Positions 60,744 to 64,000 of a stretch of DNA of 64,000 nt are shown one piece after another (the stretch's first letter is position 1; each line of letters starts with the position of its first letter). Under the pieces are notes generated by a model, which saw only the letters and a list, made by a program, of their open reading frames with translations, had not been told where the DNA came from and searched no databases. The position numbers and the translations under genes were made by a program. The DNA is from an uncultured Thermoplasmata archaeon. GTDB lineage: Archaea; Thermoplasmatota; Thermoplasmata; Lutacidiplasmatales; UBA184. The stretch is taken from contig CAVVLX010000007.1 in NCBI GenBank assembly GCA_963749195.1, positions 396,031 through 460,030 on the forward strand, given 5' to 3'.

Positions 60744-62771
60744 GTGCGACCCGGCCAGGACGCGATCCTTCGAGAGGTCGCGGCGGTCGCCGAGCGTGGG
60801 GGAGCCTTACTCATCGATGCGGCGACGGGATCGGGAAAGACGGTCGCGGCGCTGGCCCCGCTTCTCGAGCACGCCCAACGAGCCGACCATCGCATCCTCT
60901 ACTTAGTCCGAACCCACTCCCAAGAAGTCCAAGTCCTGGCCGAGGCCCGCGCGATCGCCCACCGGATCGAGCAGCCGATCCTCGCGGTCGGATTGCAAGG
61001 TCGGCAACGCCGCTGTCTATTACTCCAGGGAGACACCGAGGTCAAGGGCGCGACGGCGGAAGAACATGGAAAGCTCTGCGCGGATCGAAAGCGAGTCGTC
61101 GAGCGATCGTTCCAGGAGGGGATCGCCCCCGAACCCACCGCCGAAGTGGTGGAAGACGGGGATCGTCTCAACCTTGCTAACATCGATGGTTGCCCGTACT
61201 ATGCGCGAGTCCTCCAGTCCGACTTGGGAGAGCTCATCGACCGGTTCAGTGTGAAGCTCCCCACGCCCCGGGAGTTTGACGAGTATTGCGAAAGCGAGAA
61301 TCTCTGCCCCTACGAGCTCTCCAAACTCCTCGTTCCGAAGGCGCGACTCGTGATCGCTCCGTACGCGTTCTTCTTCCACCCCCACATCCGGAACTCCCTG
61401 TATCGCTGGATGGGGGTCGGGCCTGAGCGCGTTGATTTGATCGTGGACGAGGCGCACAACCTGCCCGACCACTTGCGCGATCTTTCGACGGTCGCCTTGC
61501 CGCAAGATTCCGTGCGACGAGCCCGGACCGAGATTGCGGAACGCGGCGATTTCCAGCTTCCCGACGGACCGAGTGCGAGTCGATTCTTGGACATCGTGGG
61601 CGCCGCCGTGGAGGAGCTCATCAATCAGCTCACGATCGACGATGATGCGATCTTGCCCGGCGGTGTGTTCGAGGAGGCGCTGCTGACGGCGCTGGGAGGC
61701 ACGTCCCATCGATTAGACACCTGGCTCGGCGCGCTCGCCACTTGGGGAGAATCGCTGCGGGAAGAACGCCGTCGCGAGCGCCACCTCCCCCGCTCGTGGG
61801 TCCACACCGTCGCCTTAACCCTGCTCTCCTGGCCGCAGCTCGACGAAGGGACCTATGTCAAGGTCGCTTCTCGAGCCCCGCGTCGAGCGCTCGAAGCGTA
61901 TGCGCTGGATGCCTCGATTCCCGCGGCGCCGATTCGCGATTGTCACCTTTCCGTCCATCTCTCGGGAACGTTGGCGCCTTTGACCGAATATCGCGATGCG
62001 TTGGGACTCGGAGAGTCGGCGCGATTGCTCTCCGTTCCTTCGCACTTCCCCCCGGAGAATCGCCGGTTCCTATTCGACCCTACGACCACGACCCGATACG
62101 AAGAGCTCCGCTGGGACCCAAGGACCGTCATTCATATCGCCGACCGAATTTCGGAGATCCTACCCGCCCTGCCGGTCAACACCGCGATTTTCTTCCCGAG
62201 CTTCGATCTGATGAAACGGGTGCTAGATGCCGGGCTCGAATCCGCGCTCCCGAGCGCCACGGTGATCGAAGGACCGCGGACGTCCACCGGAGACTTGTGG
62301 CGTTCGATCGAGGCGCTGAAGAAAGAGGCCCCCGAAGGCGTCCTCATCGGAGTGACCGGAGGTCGCATCGCCGAGGGAGTCGATTTCCCGGGAGAGGAAC
62401 TGGAGGCGGTTATCGTGGTGGGGATCCCGTACCCCAAGCCGACTGCAAAGCGAGAAGCACTCCGGCGCTTCGTCGATGCCCGGACGGGGCGAGGGTGGGA
62501 GTACTGCGTCCAAGCCCCGGCCCAACGCGCGCTCCTGCAGGCGTTCGGTCGGATGATTCGTTCCGAGCACGACCGGGGGATCGGGATCGTCCTAGATCGC
62601 CGTGCTCCGCAGTTTGCGGCGGCCCTTCCGGGTCTCGAGCCGATCCGTGATTTGCGGGCGACGACGCGCGAGTTCTACGGGCGAAAGGTTCGTTGGACTC
62701 GCGCCCCCGCCCCGCGGCCGCCGCCCGCGGCGAGCGGGCCGACCGGGGCCGAAGGTTCTCCCCGGGCATAA
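60744..62771 (+). CDS. xpd: XPD/Rad3 Fe-S DNA helicase; true start probably slightly upstream
   Basis: (FPY)RVRPGQ, ATGSGKT, Fe-S Cys residues, CPYE, DEAHNL, SGTL, FFPSF, EGVDF, VGIPYP, QAFGRMIR. Confidence 0.93.
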   Translation: MRPGQDAILREVAAVAERGGALLIDAATGSGKTVAALAPLLEHAQRADHRILYLVRTHSQEVQVLAEARAIAHRIEQPILAVGLQGRQRRCLLLQGDTEVKGATAEEHGKLCADRKRVVERSFQEGIAPEPTAEVVEDGDRLNLANIDGCPYYARVLQSDLGELIDRFSVKLPTPREFDEYCESENLCPYELSKLLVPKARLVIAPYAFFFHPHIRNSLYRWMGVGPERVDLIVDEAHNLPDHLRDLSTVALPQDSVRRARTEIAERGDFQLPDGPSASRFLDIVGAAVEELINQLTIDDDAILPGGVFEEALLTALGGTSHRLDTWLGALATWGESLREERRRERHLPRSWVHTVALTLLSWPQLDEGTYVKVASRAPRRALEAYALDASIPAAPIRDCHLSVHLSGTLAPLTEYRDALGLGESARLLSVPSHFPPENRRFLFDPTTTTRYEELRWDPRTVIHIADRISEILPALPVNTAIFFPSFDLMKRVLDAGLESALPSATVIEGPRTSTGDLWRSIEALKKEAPEGVLIGVTGGRIAEGVDFPGEELEAVIVVGIPYPKPTAKREALRRFVDARTGRGWEYCVQAPAQRALLQAFGRMIRSEHDRGIGIVLDRRAPQFAAALPGLEPIRDLRATTREFYGRKVRWTRAPAPRPPPAASGPTGAEGSPRA

Positions 62772-62803
62772 TCGCTAAGAGCCACCGAAACGGGTGGGGG
62801 TCC

Positions 62804-63781
62804 GTGATCATCACCCGGACTCCTTTGCGGATCAGCTTTGCGGGCGGAGGGACGGACCTCCCTTCCTTCTATCGAGCCTACGGCGGGGGTGCCGTGACCA
62901 GCGCTGCCATCGATCGGTACGTTCACGTCCTCGTGAACGACAAATTCGATCGAGCCATTCGCGTCGCATACACTCGTACCGAGAACGTCGAGCGCGTCGA
63001 CCAGCTCCAACACGGCTTGGTACGAGAGGCGATGAAACTCACCGGCGCCACGGAAGCGCTCGAGATCCACACGATCGCCGATATTCCCTCCGAGGGCTCC
63101 GGATTGGGTTCCTCTTCCTCGCTCACGGTCGGCCTCCTGAACGCGCTCTACGCCCATCGGGGAGTACTGCGGGACCCGCATCAGCTCGCCGAAGAGGCGT
63201 GTCGGATCGAGATCGAACTACTGGGAGGAACGCTCGGCAAACAGGATCAGTACATCGCCGCACTGGGAGGGCTTCAATACCTCGAATTCCGAGCGGACGA
63301 TTCCGTGCGATCGAATCCGATCCCGCTCGCCGAGCGGGAACGGGAGAGTCTCTCGGAGCATCTTTCGCTGTTCTTCACCGGAATTACGCGAAAGGCCGAA
63401 GGGATTTTGAAAGGTCAGGACGCTCGTACTCCAGCGAACCGGGAGTCCCTTTTCCGGCTTCGAGAGCTGGCGGTCGAAGCGCGGGACGCGCTCGTGTCGA
63501 AGGAATGGTCCCGATTAGGCGAGGTGCTGGACGAGGGTTGGCGAATCAAGCGCGGACTGACCGACGGGATCACGAGCTCCACCATCGACGAGCACTACGC
63601 GAAGGCCAAGGCGGCCGGGGCGTGGGGCGGCAAGATCACCGGCGCCGGGGGCGGCGGGTTCCTGCTCGTCGTGCACCCCCCTGAGAGAAGTCATCAAATA
63701 GCGGCCGCCTTGTCTCCGATGGAACGCTTACCCGTTCGGATCCAATCGGAGGGTTCGCGGATCCTGTTTGTGGGGCGGTAG
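62804..63781 (+). CDS. hddA: GHMP kinase, D-glycero-alpha-D-manno-heptose-7-phosphate kinase-like
   Basis: TRTPLRISFAGGGTD, GSGLGSSSS, GKQDQY, GGKITGAGGGGF. Confidence 0.88.
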   Translation: MIITRTPLRISFAGGGTDLPSFYRAYGGGAVTSAAIDRYVHVLVNDKFDRAIRVAYTRTENVERVDQLQHGLVREAMKLTGATEALEIHTIADIPSEGSGLGSSSSLTVGLLNALYAHRGVLRDPHQLAEEACRIEIELLGGTLGKQDQYIAALGGLQYLEFRADDSVRSNPIPLAERERESLSEHLSLFFTGITRKAEGILKGQDARTPANRESLFRLRELAVEARDALVSKEWSRLGEVLDEGWRIKRGLTDGITSSTIDEHYAKAKAAGAWGGKITGAGGGGFLLVVHPPERSHQIAAALSPMERLPVRIQSEGSRILFVGR

Positions 63782-63789
63782 GGGCCGGA

Positions 63790-64000
63790 ATGACGGGAAT
63801 TGCTCCGTACGTCAAGAAATACATCGAGGAGACGAAAGGCGCCCTCTTGGAGGGGTACCTGACCGAGGGGATCAGCAAGATCGTACCCGTCCTGATCAAA
63901 GCCCGCAAAGCGAGCCGCTCAATCTTCTTCTTCGGGAATGGGGGAAGCGCGTCCACGGCTTCGCACTTCGTGGTCGATATTGGCAAAGCGACGTCGCACG
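63790..64000 (+). CDS. gmhA: Phosphoheptose isomerase (SIS domain); partial, runs off the window end
   Basis: Manual translation MTGIAPYVKKY...IFFFGNGGSASTASHFVVDIGK. Confidence 0.87.
   Translation, partial: MTGIAPYVKKYIEETKGALLEGYLTEGISKIVPVLIKARKASRSIFFFGNGGSASTASHFVVDIGKATSH

Overview
GC-rich archaeal chromosome segment. Archaeal markers include type II GAPDH, the rpo7-spt4-DUF359-rps24e-rps27ae cluster, PolD DP1, archaeal DnaG and XPD. The 23S rRNA gene stands alone, with no neighbouring 16S or 5S, which points to Thermoplasmata; a soil/peat lineage such as UBA184 is an inference. The window is mostly housekeeping genes plus accessory stretches (about 12-30 kb and 33-48 kb). It has four tRNA genes, no CRISPR array and no transposase or integrase. 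Main observations: (1) tRNA-Asn(GUU) with a 35-nt intron at non-canonical T-loop position 59/60 and a clear bulge-helix-bulge motif; (2) a co-directional cluster of class II amidotransferase, ubiquitin-like protein, nucleotidyltransferase and solo Cas4-like nuclease, divergent from two A-type Fe-S carriers; (3) a cyclase-STAND-TPR protein and a separate 'headless' WHD-TPR homolog; (4) a chimeric REC-DUF835-like-wHTH regulator; (5) three GT-C-like membrane proteins, one fused to GtrA; (6) PntAB transhydrogenase; (7) two candidate structured RNAs. Two single-base homopolymer frameshifts (gdhA, DUF359) are probably sequencing errors. All calls come from motif recognition by eye; no searches were run.
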